A DNA stretch of 63,792 nt, the filler included, from Basidiobolus ranarum (lineage: Eukaryota), in assembly GCA_040143965.1 (NCBI GenBank). It is 2 parts of 2 records of this genome, joined end to end, with 100 filler letters (N's around TTAATTAATTAA, not from the genome) between each part and the next. Parts side by side here need not be neighbours in the genome. Positions count along the whole stretch, not along the records: positions 1 to 31,871 come from JASJQH010000086.1; 1 more part is not named here. The stretch is one strand, 5' to 3'. Shown one piece after another: positions 1-12,773 of this stretch (position 1 is the first letter of the stretch; each line of letters opens with the position of its first letter). The notes under the pieces were generated by a model. That model ran no database searches and had not been told where the DNA came from. It was given only the letters and a program-made list of their open reading frames with translations. Position numbers and translations under genes: made by a program.

Positions 1-1485
1 TTCTGACCCAGAATAATAGGGGGACATATGTTAATTATTGGAAAACCTAACACTCAGGGCGTCGTCTCCTGACCAACATGTCAGATGCCCCACAGATATA
101 GTCTAAAATCAGCGATTGTTAAGCTGACACTGAAACAGCAAAAACGTACAGTTAGACTCACCCATTGGAATAGGCTAGATTTGTTGATCTCTGCTTATAC
201 ATATATGTAATTTAGTAGCAGTAAAAAGGGTTTAAACTAAGATAATGGATACGATTTTGACCAAGATTGCCGCTGCACCATGGGATATATATCCTCAAAA
301 CACGATAAAGCCACCAATAGCACTCAAGTGGCATTGCAATGAACTATCTGGGAGCATGTTCTTCCATAAAGAAGACTACGGCAACATGTCCTGGCCCCGG
401 CAACAGATCAAAGTACATAAGCAGTCGATTCATTTCAATCCCTTTATGTATTAAGCATATTTACACGCTATTTTGCATCCATGATTATATCTCGCGGGCA
501 CAACCTTTTTAGATCCATATCGAGTCCACGCCTCACCAACACGATATGATGTATTGCTAAAACCTCAAAAGCACTAACATTCTTGGTGGTTAAAAGCCTA
601 CCCGCTGTTTGCACGCTGATTTCCAGCAGTCGTAGACTTGGATGAGTTTACACGGATTGTTACGGAGATCGTTGCACCCTGAGTTAGATTTTATTCGCAT
701 ACTGTATCATGGCTTAGAGGTTTCCTCAAATCACAAATGTGGATTTATGGTACAAATCTTTTTCTGATAGAGTTTGTACGACTTGGGACAATTCTTGTTG
801 GTAGCTGTTGGGTATACAATATTGCATTGGCAACCTATCAGATGGGCTGCCTTGACATTGGAGCTGCCTTTCCCAATTATACCAGCTGCATTATATTGCA
901 TGTGAAAGTGGTTGTTGAGTTGCTGAGCTATCCCTGCCTTTGGTAGATCACCTTTATAAATTTTGCATTCCGAAACACAATTTCACATGATTCTTTTGAG
1001 CATCAGAATATTCTGTAGGGTTCAAATATCCATTTTTGTCAGCCCTTACTAGTCCATCCTTGAGTGGCACGATGGGAATTTAATGTACACGAATTTCACA
1101 TGAACCCTGAGTTCACTCAGGCAGATTTCTATTGATTTATAAACTAAGGAGGTTTCATTCTAAATTGAGAAAATCGTGCACATTTTTATTTCTCATTACA
1201 AATATCCAATGTTCCTGCGATTTGGTTCTGCTTAGTTTCATCCCAACTTTAACTTGTAGCTTGATTGTCCGTTATTTTCAAGCCTTCAGCGACTCTAGTT
1301 GATATTTTTGGAGTTATTTTAGTACGCAAACCGTAAAGTAACTCTAGTTTGCTTTGTTATAACACCCAATTCTTTATTTTCTTGGCTTTTATTCATAACC
1401 CACAACAGTTTGGCACTAGCGCAATTCATTATTCAAGAAACCCTGTCTTGAACTTCAAATTTTTCCTTTGAACCTGAATCAATAC

Positions 1486-2736
1486 ATGGACCGCTTAGAA
1501 ACTCGTAGAAGTATGGTTCTTTAATATTTCGATATTTAACCAAATCCATTCTTACTTATATTGAGTCAGATCTTGACCAGCTTCCTGCTGCCTATCCTGA
1601 ATACTCTTTGCAGCCTACACCTCTGCTAGATAGGGAGGACCAAAAAGCTTTTGATGATTTCCTACGGCAATTTGATCTTGATACACACGAACCGGCTGTA
1701 TCACTACCTACTTCGACCAACTCCACCACTGTCCTTTCATCCACACCTTTACCGCAACACCCAACAACCGGTAAATTTATTTCACGGGCTTTCATAAAAG
1801 AAGATACTTAACTTTTCATACAACTCCTAACACTGTTCATTTGCTCACTCCATTACAGAAAATTTGAAAAGTTCACCAAAGTATGTTGAATCTGGCCGTA
1901 AACTTAGTACTGATGGTAAGTGATACTAAATTGGCTTTATTGTAACAAATTAGAAAATTTATTGACTCTAATTTTCATCCAATGTATTCAGTCAATCCAC
2001 CTATGCCTGCACAAGGCTCAGTACCACTTGAGAAAGCATGCGATCCTAGTACTCCAACTTCTGTGAACTTGTCTTCGCCAATGATAAACACTATAGATGG
2101 TCCATCCGAAAAAACCGATAGAGAAACTTCATCCAAATCCCCACAAAAACCTACCAACAAACGGAAGATTTCTGATGTGGAAGATATAGATCCAACCCTG
2201 AAGGGTAACAATACCAGACCTCCTGGAAGAGGTAAAAAGGCACCCCACGAACTACTCTCAGAAAAGGAAAAGAAAGCGAATCATATCGCTTCAGAGCAAA
2301 AGCGACGTCAGAATATTCGATTGGGATTTGAACAATTGGTGGATATCGTTCCTACTCTGTCTCAGTGTCATCGTAGTGAATCGGCTATTTTACAAAAATG
2401 TTAGAATAACTTTGTGTTTTATATTGCATGCCGATAAAGATATTTTCTTGTATGGAGTAAGCTCACCTGTTTTCTTTTAGCTGTCGAGTATATTCACCAG
2501 TTAATAGCGCAGAGACAACAACTTAAACAACGGATTAGAGAGTTAAGGGTTTCAGCTGGTGATCCGTAAGTCCATTTCGTGAATTCTAGAGCTCTAATTC
2601 ATTTACTGACTCTTGAACTTTCTAGATCGAATATGATTGATGACTTTTCGGTAAGTATTTTCATTGTGTTGTATGTGAACATGGCATAATTCTCATATTG
2701 GTTTGATAATAGTCTTCTGATGAGGACATCTACTAG
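1486..2736 (+). CDS. bHLH(-zip) transcription factor, Ino4/Mlx-like; multi-exon
   Basis: ATG at 1486, GT-AG introns. Spliced product contains ELLSEKEKKANHIASEQKRRQNIRLGFEQLVDIVPTLSQCHRSESAILQKSVEYI (basic-HLH). Stop TAG at 2734-2736. Confidence 0.8.
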
Positions 2737-3491
2737 GCTTTATATTTGAGGATCCACTCCGTTATGGTTTTATGGCAACCATTCGAAGTTTCTTGGTGCG
2801 ACTGGAATCACTGAATAATTGTATAAAATCTACTTTTACAGTAGTAGTAGCATGCCATATCTTCGAGTAACACAACTTCAGAGGGGATTTTGAAACGAAT
2901 CATTATATTAGCAATTATATCCAATAGACTGTGTTTTCCTTAACGCATAACGCATATCCTTCCCCTTAACGGATCGTGTATATCAGTTTAGATTTGAGTG
3001 TTCTTATCATTTTGTTTTCTCCAGAAAATGCATTCTTTCCAGGGAATTTAGTTGTAAATTCACTAGTACTTCATTATGTTAATATATTCATCAGTGCCTC
3101 ACTATTGTGAATTGAGATGGAAACGAGGATTTTTTAATCGTGATCATTGGAAGTGGGTATTTATTTGGCAGGAGCCTCTCTCCTTTATGTGCACACTTCT
3201 GGTATCCTTCCAATAAATCAATATTCATTTTTGAGACTTTCTATGATCTGGATATTTATCAACATGATGATTGGCTTAAAGTGAAGAGATAGTGCATATT
3301 TTTCGCCTTGGTTGACTCAGGTTTACGTGTGCAGTTCAATCCATTGAGGGGTATGAAAAGGGATGCAAAGAAAAACGTCCTGGAATCTATTGGATAATTT
3401 TAAAACTGCTTATCAAAGTACTTTTTTTGGGTGGCCAGTTCTACTCCTTAGAATTGTGCAACTAAGATGTATTCGGGGGGGGGGAAGGTGC

Positions 3492-4442
3492 CTAGTCTAT
3501 CTTTTGAAAGGTGGTCGAGTGTGGATCGTCTATCGTATGTGATGTTACTATCGGCGGACGTTCTCGTGGTGGCCGTGTCCAAGTGATAGAATAGGTCCAT
3601 ATGAAGCCAATCGCTGAGATGGCTACCAGAAACATGTTCCAAAAGAAGCTGATCATATCAGCAGCGCATCCAATACCTGGAATGCCAGGCTGTGTGTTCC
3701 GCAATGCTGGCATAGAGAACAGCATAGAGACGCCCAGTGCCATTATGGGTGGCTGTATTTCCCGTTTTAAGACCACTATTTGAAAAGCTAAAGAGCTAAT
3801 ACCGAGAGATAATGCCCACATTAGTACTATCACACATATACTAAATGCCTTGGTATTGGTTGATCTTTTCACTGTAAAAGATATCGTGTCTAACCCCTCT
3901 TGAACACTGAATACGGGGAATATCTCGAAATTTTGGACATTAGCGGCAAAAGATACAGACACCGGAACAATATCATCATCCGTTGTCCCTGGAGTTGAAG
4001 CATATAGCAGAAAACTTGCCGAGTAGATGTCAAAAGGATAGTTGCGTCGATTTCCATCATAAAAAGGTACTGACAGTTCACCACTTGGTAATATGGAGGA
4101 GCTATTTTGTGGATAAGTGAACGATTTATATTGAAGGTTGACAGATAAGGTGCGATTAAGTTTGAATTTCCCGTCGGCGACCAGATTCCCAAGAGGGTAA
4201 AAATTTACACCAAGAAGAGACTTTAAGGTAACGCTATCAACAGATATGACAGTAATTTCTATATCAAGGCGGGTTTCTTCCTTGGATCCATATTCAGTAT
4301 TGATATATCTAGGTCCATTCTGGAGATAGACAATGAAGATTGGTAGAACAAGTGCACAGATTAATACAGCAGTTATCCCAGCATAGATGAGGCGACGTAG
4401 GGAAAAACTTGGAACAGCCTCTCGAAGGCTTATTTTCAACAT
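3492..4442 (-). CDS. DUF4436-family membrane protein, intronless
   Basis: N-terminal TM, extracellular domain with NYPFDIY, then 3 TMs including LFSMPALRNTQPGIPGIG..D...FFW, which matches the DUF4436 pattern. First true ATG is at 4442. Confidence 0.75.
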   Translation of the reverse strand: MLKISLREAVPSFSLRRLIYAGITAVLICALVLPIFIVYLQNGPRYINTEYGSKEETRLDIEITVISVDSVTLKSLLGVNFYPLGNLVADGKFKLNRTLSVNLQYKSFTYPQNSSSILPSGELSVPFYDGNRRNYPFDIYSASFLLYASTPGTTDDDIVPVSVSFAANVQNFEIFPVFSVQEGLDTISFTVKRSTNTKAFSICVIVLMWALSLGISSLAFQIVVLKREIQPPIMALGVSMLFSMPALRNTQPGIPGIGCAADMISFFWNMFLVAISAIGFIWTYSITWTRPPRERPPIVTSHTIDDPHSTTFQKID

Positions 4443-5158
4443 TCCGAGTAAGATCGAGCAGTGCAACAAGGAAGAGGATTTGTTCACCTTTTTAAAGGAA
4501 AATAATGGGCTAAAAATTATGGCATATATATTGTCAATATACTTGGCTATCGAAGTATTTTTAGAACCTTGTGATCGCTAAATTTATGGTGGGATAATGG
4601 TATTTGTTTCGCTATTATTACTTGAATCTATGTTGGGCGGAGGATTCCTATACTTGGTTAGCTGATTACACGTGCTGCTTCAGGTTTGTATCAAGATAAG
4701 GGTGGCAATATAGGACAGGCATTCATGGGTAAGATAATCAGAACAATAGATTAAAAATGTATAAAAGACATCTTCAAAAAGATATATGCTAAGTCTGATG
4801 TTTTCACCTGGGTAGCTAGCGATGTTTTGAGGATTAGGCGGCAAAAAGGAAGTTTTGTAGACTTGTAGATAATATTTAAATGAGGATTCATCACGAATAT
4901 TGTCGTAGCTGAGGCCTGGTAATGAGATGTGATGGGACTCTGCAAGTGTCATAGAGAAATATCAACAACCGGTAATTAATCCTGGCACAAGTGCGTCAAA
5001 TCTGAAAATAGCAATTCAACCAATGACTCCTAATGATGAAAGATTCCTATTTTGACTATTATTATTCAATATTTGTTATCCTTAAGGGATTATCGTTTTT
5101 GATAAAAAAAACAATACAAACAGTGAAAGAAGTACTTGAATGTTCTTTACATTTTTCA

Positions 5159-5986
5159 CTACGTAATTGAACTAAGTTTGGCCCCGAGTTTCTCGACTTC
5201 CTTTTTTAGTCGGGAATTTTCATCCTCCAACCGTTGGACTTTTTCCTCAAGTTCTGTGACATACGCTTTCTTTTTCTTTCGACACTCTTTGGCCGCTAGT
5301 CTGTTTCTCAATAATCGACGCTGCTTCCGCTCATCACTTGTGAGATTCCTTAGCATACCACTCCGTCCTCGCGTAGAGCTTGTTTCTTCAGTAGGTGATC
5401 CGGGTTGATTGGAACTGTGTAACTCATTACCGACTTCTGGGCCTGGACTGGATGAAGGCCCAGGTATTGGTACGATTGGAAGGACACTCGAGGATGCAGG
5501 AATAGGTAGAGACAGTGCTGTTGGAGGCGCAGAGGGCAAAGACGATGTCATGTTGGTCATACTTAGGAATGGTGGGTGTTGTGGAGGAGCCGGAGGTGGA
5601 AGTTGAGTTAACATATCTGGTGAAGGAAGATGTATGTGTGTAGAGTGTCCAGAAAATGATAATGAATCCATAGGAGAGGAGGTTTGATCTGGTTTTGGGG
5701 AAGAGATACTAGAAGCATCTGTTAAAGGGAGCGAGAATGAAGTAGTTACTGGCGGAGGGAGAAAAAGGGGGAGTTGAGAATCGTGGGGAAGAAGTGGAGG
5801 TTGAGTGTGTGATGGAGTGGGGTCCTCGATTGAGGATACGTGATGTTTTCTTCTGCGTGAGGCTACCCTACGATGTTGAGTGTCTGGGATGGGTGAATGG
5901 TCCATAATTGGTTTGTCTTCTGGATAGTCAGGGGTAGATTGAGAAAAGTAGTAGGAGGACTGATTAGAGGAAAGCTGCTCGGTCAT
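5159..5986 (-). CDS. CREB/ATF-like bZIP transcription factor, intronless CDS
   Basis: Pro/Ser-rich N-terminus; C-terminal RRLLRNRLAAKECRKKKKAYVTELEEKVQRLEDENSRL basic-leucine zipper. Confidence 0.9.
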   Translation of the reverse strand: MTEQLSSNQSSYYFSQSTPDYPEDKPIMDHSPIPDTQHRRVASRRRKHHVSSIEDPTPSHTQPPLLPHDSQLPLFLPPPVTTSFSLPLTDASSISSPKPDQTSSPMDSLSFSGHSTHIHLPSPDMLTQLPPPAPPQHPPFLSMTNMTSSLPSAPPTALSLPIPASSSVLPIVPIPGPSSSPGPEVGNELHSSNQPGSPTEETSSTRGRSGMLRNLTSDERKQRRLLRNRLAAKECRKKKKAYVTELEEKVQRLEDENSRLKKEVEKLGAKLSSIT

Positions 5987-5987
5987 T

Positions 5988-6065
5988 TTAGCAATAAATA
6001 CAGCAATACAGTCGTGGACGCCTTACTAAAGTTAAAGAGCTGTTGAGTACTAAAATGTTTACCAT
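5988..6065 (-). other. candidate upstream ORF (25 aa, MVNILVLNSSLTLVRRPRLYCCIYC)
   Basis: Only upstream ATG between a TATA-like element (~6283-6293) and the bZIP start. Its TAA lies 1 nt before the main ATG. Confidence 0.35.
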
Positions 6066-6399
6066 GAAAGCAAGGTAATCTGACTTTACAAAATTTGGAC
6101 TATTTATTCGGAACCAAAATCTGACCTCGGATAAAAATACAAATATAAAACAAATGGAAGTCAAGTCAGTGAGTGCAGCGTATTTTCAGAGCAAGAAGCT
6201 AAGCTGAACAAAGTCAAAGAAAAAACTAGGATTAATGAAGTATTAAAAGGAATGATGAGATGCTCACGGGCGGCCAGAGATGATATATATTAAACACCGA
6301 AGTGATGGCAGTCGAGTTTTATGGATATGCTGGCCGATTTGTGTACATGCCTAGATGAAGTGAAAAGAGGGGCTACATAGTATGAATGGGGGATATTAG

Positions 6400-6712
6400 T
6401 GACGTCAACTTTGGACTATCGAAGGGAGAGTATTCAAGAAAGGGAACAAATTAGATTCGTAGGGTACACTAGACAGGAAACCTAAACTAGAATATGGCCA
6501 AGAATCAGATAACGTCATCTTGACTGACGACATTTCTTACTAATGCTAAGCGAGCTTTCCTCACCGGCGCCCTCCACACCTTCGCTTTGCTTTTCAAAAC
6601 AGCATATGTTGCTTTGTTTCTTCTACTCATAAGCTAGTGAGCATTGAGTAAGCGATGACTCAGCCAATCCTTGACGTATTAGGAATTTTCAATTGAATGC
6701 CCAGTTACATCA
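6400..6712. promoter_or_regulatory. cluster of bZIP-type binding sites upstream of the bZIP gene
   Basis: TGACGTCA at 6400-6407, ACGTCA near 6512, TGACTCA at 6656-6662, TGACGTA at 6672-6678, TTACATCA at 6705-6712. Confidence 0.5.
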
Positions 6713-8655
6713 TGGAGTATATTGTGAGAAGATCTGCATCATCACATCTGCATTATTACTATTGTCCAAATGTCATCATTTACATAATCGCATATTAGAC
6801 TATTGCCAAATAGCTGAGGAGCACAAATACCGTCAGCAGTGAATCCAAAACTGCACCAATGATTTCATTATCGAGTCATTCCTTCCAATTCATCATCCTG
6901 ACGCTTTTCATACTTTACGTCCAAGGTGCTCGCTTGCTTCATATACATGATTGGCCTGAGCTTTGGGTTCTTCATAATAAAATCAAGTCACCCACACCCA
7001 ATCTTAGAGCATCACAGTCACGTTGGTCCTCATTAGATCAAGCCCTCATCACCACATGTGCATTAACTATTTGATAAAGGGGAGAATTACACTCGGTGTC
7101 GCCCTCCAGTCTTATATATTTTTGTCGTGTACCATGCCATGACTAGACAGGATCCTTTACACAGCTACAAGATATTGAATGTTAGGCGATGCCTGAATAA
7201 TGCTTCGAGCCAGTAAATTTGGTGTCATCACTTAAATTCTATTTAATCTTTTGTGTTATTTGCTCCTGCAGTCTACTTTATTCGACGTCTGTCGATATAC
7301 TGATTACACTCATTCCATTGCCATAAACCGTCCACCAGTCATTTCTTATTATCAACAGCTTATGCATGTATAACACACAACTCATTCTATTGAAATTGTT
7401 GGAGTTACTTCCAATTTAAACCTTGTCAAATCTCGAGTTGTTGAGAATTCAGTTAATATCTATGTACTGAATCAGTCGCATGCCAAAATGACTGGACTAT
7501 ACAAAAACACGCTTACTACATGTACCAGAGGCAAACAGAGGTACAGATGCATTCTCAAAACGTTACCATCATAAGATATATCAAACACAGATATGAATAC
7601 TATATCAGAAATCATGCTCTTTACGTTTGTGGTTACTTTAGCAATGATAATCTAGTATGAAATAGAGTTCGTTGTATCTATTCCATTTAATGCATCTAGG
7701 GTCTGGACCTTGGACACAAAAGACTTTCTAGACGAGGTATAGTTTGGTTGAATTAAACCTAGCAATAGGCTCCTCTGATGAGGTTTCGATAAATGAATAG
7801 TGTGCAAATATCTCTGAGGGTCATGGTTAGAATAAGGATATTCACTAATATTCTCATTTCTATATTCACTTTGCTGAGATGCCTTGTTCGATAAAGACTG
7901 CGTAGAGTATATTGCTGTGAAACTGCACCATATATTATCTAAGAGATTATCAATTCTGTAAAGCAGATAGTTTCAGTACACATTGGATATGTGAAGCTAA
8001 AGTATAACTGATCCTAAAGGTAAGCTTACAGTTAAATACAATGCAACGTGGAGGAACCTATAAATTTTGCTCCAATTGTCAATACGGAAATTAAATGACT
8101 AATTTGTAACGCATCTATAAAAGGTATTGGTACAAACGCAAATTGCCTAACATATCAAACAAGAAGGATTGATTGTAATTAGGAATCTCAGTTTAATAAA
8201 ACAAGCTCGAATACGAAGCGGCGAATAGAGAGCAATGATCTCGCTTGATCGAAAATTTCCTTTTGTAACAATGTCTTGAAGGTAACAGGTGAAGTGACAC
8301 TAAACTTTCTGTGAGTGCTTTCAAGACGCACTGCTTCAAAGTACTTGATAATTTGCAATCATCACTTTACAATTGTCAGTAATAATGTAGTGAAAATCCA
8401 ATCTTTAGCTTACAAGATGCTAAGCTTAAGCAGTTGTATCTGATCGCTTGCCACATTTCGTAGTTAAGACTCATACTTGATCGAGTGGGTATTTATTTTT
8501 GTGCGTTTAAAAATGATTACGTTAGCAATGTACAAGATCCGAGAAATTAGAATGTATAGTATGGAATAGAATGCAGCAGATGTAGTGGTTGCGAAAGTAG
8601 TCACTTATAAGAAATCCCTTTGTAGATACATCAGAAGAATTACGAACACAATTTC

Positions 8656-10328
8656 TTAGAAAAAGAATTGGCCTATACGCTTGAAAAAACCACGAACGCC
8701 TCCACTTTCTTTGGCTGAATCACGAAGATCCTCGGCAGTGTCATAATACCTGTCAGTTTCAAGATCCATCTCTTCGTACTTGACCACTTTTGTGCCTTTC
8801 AAAAACTTCCACCCAAGCCACATTATAGCCATCATTGGAATTTGGATATAATACGAAAGGAATGATACAAAATCAAACCCTCCACTAGGAGATGACTTGA
8901 AGGAACTCCATCCCTGAACTAAGACTAGAACAGAATTAGCAACAATCACAAATATCGGGCCATATGGATATAATGGGCTTTTGAGAGGGAGCTCGTTGAG
9001 ATTTTTCCCTTGAATTTCGAAGGCTTTGCGGAAACGATAGGAAGTCAGACCGATAGCGATCCAACTGATTTGGTTCGAAACACCAACCAGATTTTGCAAC
9101 CAGTTCCAGAGAGTACCAGTACCAACAAAAGAGGAAGCAAAGCAAACACACGAAATGGCAGCAGTGGTTAACAATGAGTATATGGGCACACGGTTTTTGG
9201 TTAATTTGGTGAAAATTTTTGGAGCATGACCATGTTCACCTAGAGTGTAGAGAAGACGAGTACCGGCAAATAAGGCATGATTCCCTGCCGAGATCACAGA
9301 AGTTAAGACAACCGCATTGATGAATGAAGGAGCTACTTCAAATCCTGTCATCTTGAAAACAAGAGTAAATGGCGAGTCTCTAGCATTTTTTTGATTGATA
9401 TTTGGCTCATTGTAGGGAACATCAATACCAATCACAAAAATACTCATAATATAGAACATCAAAATTCTCCAGAAAACGTTGCGGATAACTCGAGGCACGT
9501 TTTTTCTAGGATTTTTAGTTTCACCAGCAGTGATACCGATTGACTCCGTACCTCCATAAGCAAAAGCAGCGGTAACAAACACAGATGCGAAACCACCAAT
9601 ACCACCAACAAAGGGAGCATCTCCGAGTTTCCAGTACTGGAAACCAATGTATCCGAAACCTTTATTCGCTCCAAGATTTACGCAAATACCGATAATGATG
9701 AAAAGGACAATTGTGATGACTTTTAGTAGTGATAGCCAATACTCTATCTCACCATAGGCTTTAACATCGATTGCATTAATAGCAATTAAGAAGACCAGAA
9801 AAATGAGGGAGAGAGCCCATCCAGGAAAGTCAATCTTCCAATAATTCCATATGATTTGCGCAGCTGTAAGATCAGAGGCAACACTTACAGCATCATTGAA
9901 CCAGTAATTCCAAGTTAGAGCAAAGCCTAAGCCTTCATCGACAAAGCGGTTAGCGTACGTATTAAAAGAGCCGGCAACAGGGATATAGGTCGACATTTCT
10001 CCCAATGATAACATGGTGAAGTAGACAATAACACCAACTATGGCATAAGCAATCAGCATACTTCCCGGACCACCGGTGCTCAAGGATTTTCCAGTACCAA
10101 GGAAAAGACCGGTTCCGATAGTACCTCCGATGGCGATCATTTGAACTTGTCTAGCAGTAAGACCTCTTTTCAAATCAACTTTGCGCTTGTGCTCCACATC
10201 TTCAAGACTTTTCTCTGTCACATCATATGTTGCTGGTTGTGCGCCTCGCGCCGCGGCCAAGTCCTAACAACCAAGTTAATATTTTAATCCAACTAGAACG
10301 AGTGTTTGAAGCAAACCTTATCAGTCAT
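8656..10328 (-). CDS. amino-acid permease, APC/YAT family
   Basis: LKRGLTARQVQMIAIGGTIGTGLFLGTG, GEIEYW and AFAYGGTE motifs, ~12 TMs. A 12-nt first exon (MTDK) is followed by intron 10264-10316. Confidence 0.93.
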
Positions 10329-10702
10329 GGGTTAGGTTGTTAACAAAGAATCAAGACGAAATAAAATAGATTGGAAATGGGTTGCCAACAAAAAGAAGAC
10401 AGAAATATGGCTGGTGTATGATGAAGAGACGGACTCCAACTTTATATAGGGATTTTGGCTGCCAAATCACCTATCAAAGTACGAATGCTTAACCTTAATG
10501 ACACCGCGCTTATTAGGTAACAATCAGAGTTTATTGGCGATGGGTATATTAGTGTATAGCCAGAAAGCAACAAGCCCACAGCCAATGGGGCACTCTTATT
10601 GTTAGATACTGTGCAATGTAAAGTTTAAGGATAGATGTTCTCGTGATTCAAATAGAATTGGTTAGTGCGGTTTTCACATTAACATTCAAACATCAAATAA
10701 CC

Positions 10703-10714
10703 GATAAGCTTATC
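10703..10714. promoter_or_regulatory. palindromic double GATA site (GATAAGCTTATC)
   Basis: Perfect palindrome ~375 bp upstream of the permease start; further GATA cores near 10791-10820. Confidence 0.4.
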
Positions 10715-11107
10715 TTTCAATAGAAGCTCTTCACAAAAAACAATCTACTTTAGTAAAAATGTCTTCTGCGTATATCGACAGGACGAGATCAGATAATCTA
10801 TATTTGGAAGTGGATTATCACCTTACAATTGGACTTCAATTCGAATATACATATATATTAGCTTGTGATGTCGCAATTGCGAGTGAAAGTTGTGCTATTG
10901 AGCCGGTCCAGAGTCGGTAGATCAAGATATCATGCACAAAGACTAACATGAAACAGAAACCGAGCTTCAAGAAAACATTTTCCACCGTTGAGTTGTTTGT
11001 GACAACTTTGCTTCAGAAGATTCTGGAGAAAATCAGTCAAGTTGGCATGAAAGGTCGGGGTCGAAGTTAACTTTTTGTCCGAGGAATACACCAGCAAAGT
11101 CTAGCAC

Positions 11108-12128
11108 TTGTTACACCATTTTCAGCTTAATCTTAAGGATTTAAGAAACGCAATTGTTGGAAGATCTGATGATGTCCAAGCAGGTTACCTATTCGAAGTT
11201 TGGGTTGCCCACATTCTTAATAAGTCAAGTAGTTCATTTATTTCGCAAAGCACGCAATTTGTATCATATCTATCGTGGGATCAGAATATACGTTCCTTGG
11301 ACTTGGGTCATGGTTGATAACTTTAATTTAGTAATACTCAATATTTGGTCCCAACATTTGGGTGAGAACCAGAAAGCCCATTTCATTTCGGCTTTGGTGA
11401 AATCATTTCGGTCGACTATGTCACAATCCGGTTGTTTCGACGGTTAATTTGTTCCAAAATTATAGGATTTGTGTCAACCTCAGCTTCATCTCAAATTTCA
11501 CCGTATCTAAATTTCCTCACCAACGTTACTTTGATCGACCCACGGAAGTTATCTCAAGCATCTAAAAGTTACCTCCAACCGTGGGTTTTGTGCAAATAGA
11601 AGCATTTGTGGTAAGGAAATATCCAAGTGTCAGGATCTGGTAGAGAATAACGGTTTGCAACGTCAAAATCTTTTCTTAAATATGATCTCTTTGCCATGGA
11701 CAAATGACAGTGTCAGAAGAGGATGAATATCAGATGTTTGTCTATAACATGGCTTTTCATATTGTGGAGCTCCATGTTAATCTCTACAATGTTACTGAGG
11801 TTCCAATAGAATGCGTATGTTTATCAATGGCTACTATCAGCGTAATAGAGAGCCAAGTGTAACAATATTCGCAGAAATCTTGGTAACAATTGAGGCAATA
11901 CTCCGCAATAACGATGACTTGACTCCTAAACGCCATTGCCATGGTTGGGACTGGGTGACAGATCCTAAAGAATCGCAATTATCGATCGTAGTCATCCAAA
12001 TCAGTAAAGGGATGTACACGAGTAGAAGCGCTAGTAACGTCACCATGTATAAATGTGCGTATACGCTCTCTGCGCCATCTATAAAGCCATTATTGCTCTA
12101 CCCCTTAAAAGGAGATGCACTTCAATAA
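11108..12128 (+). pseudogene. possible decayed LRR (RNI-like/F-box) gene
   Basis: Fragmented ORFs in shifting frames with LRR-like pieces (NIRSLDLG; WVTD...ISKG, continuing out of frame as CTRVEAL); many stops. Confidence 0.2.
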
Positions 12129-12773
12129 ATCACTGCCATTTATATTGCGTATTCTCAATTTATCCATTTTATTTATTGGCACAAACTTAATTTAGGTTAG
12201 AGTTATTCCGTATATAAAAAATAATTGTTCCCGTTATAATTTCATAGCTTCGATATCTGGCATGATTTATTAGATCAACATGTCCCTGATGTTGTACATA
12301 AAAAGTAAAGCTGGGATCCGCCATGTATCACTTGCATTCACAATCTGGCAAATTCATATCATCTCCTTAATTACTATATAGCATCAACAATAGACAGAAA
12401 CATTCTTTGCTTCTTCAAACCATCATATCCACTGTCAATTTATAGAGTTCACATCAGCCTTGTTGTCTTCGCAACCACAGCTTAATACTTAACTGTTTAT
12501 GCAACAAAGCCATTGGCGATTGGCGGGAATTTAAACTAGTATGTATGCCAACCTATTTTAACTGGTGATACTTAGTACGACATACTTGTCTCACATATCC
12601 AAGAAATAAGTTGAGAGCTTTCTTGTGGAAAGTGGCCTTTCTACTTCCAAAACTGACTTTGTTCTTCTAACTAAACAGAAAACAATTCCTCAATTACTGT
12701 GCTACAAAATATTTTCGAACAATATAGAAGGGAAATCTAACAAACCGTATTTATTTTAATCGACCTACTCATA

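Noticed and set aside
1-1100. Short ORFs at the window start
   Set aside because: No recognisable motifs or splice structure; possibly decayed sequence, but unassignable by eye.
7770-7820. Box C/D snoRNA or hammerhead (CTGATGAG...CTGA)
   Set aside because: Too short, no recognisable guide, and no hammerhead GAAA core.
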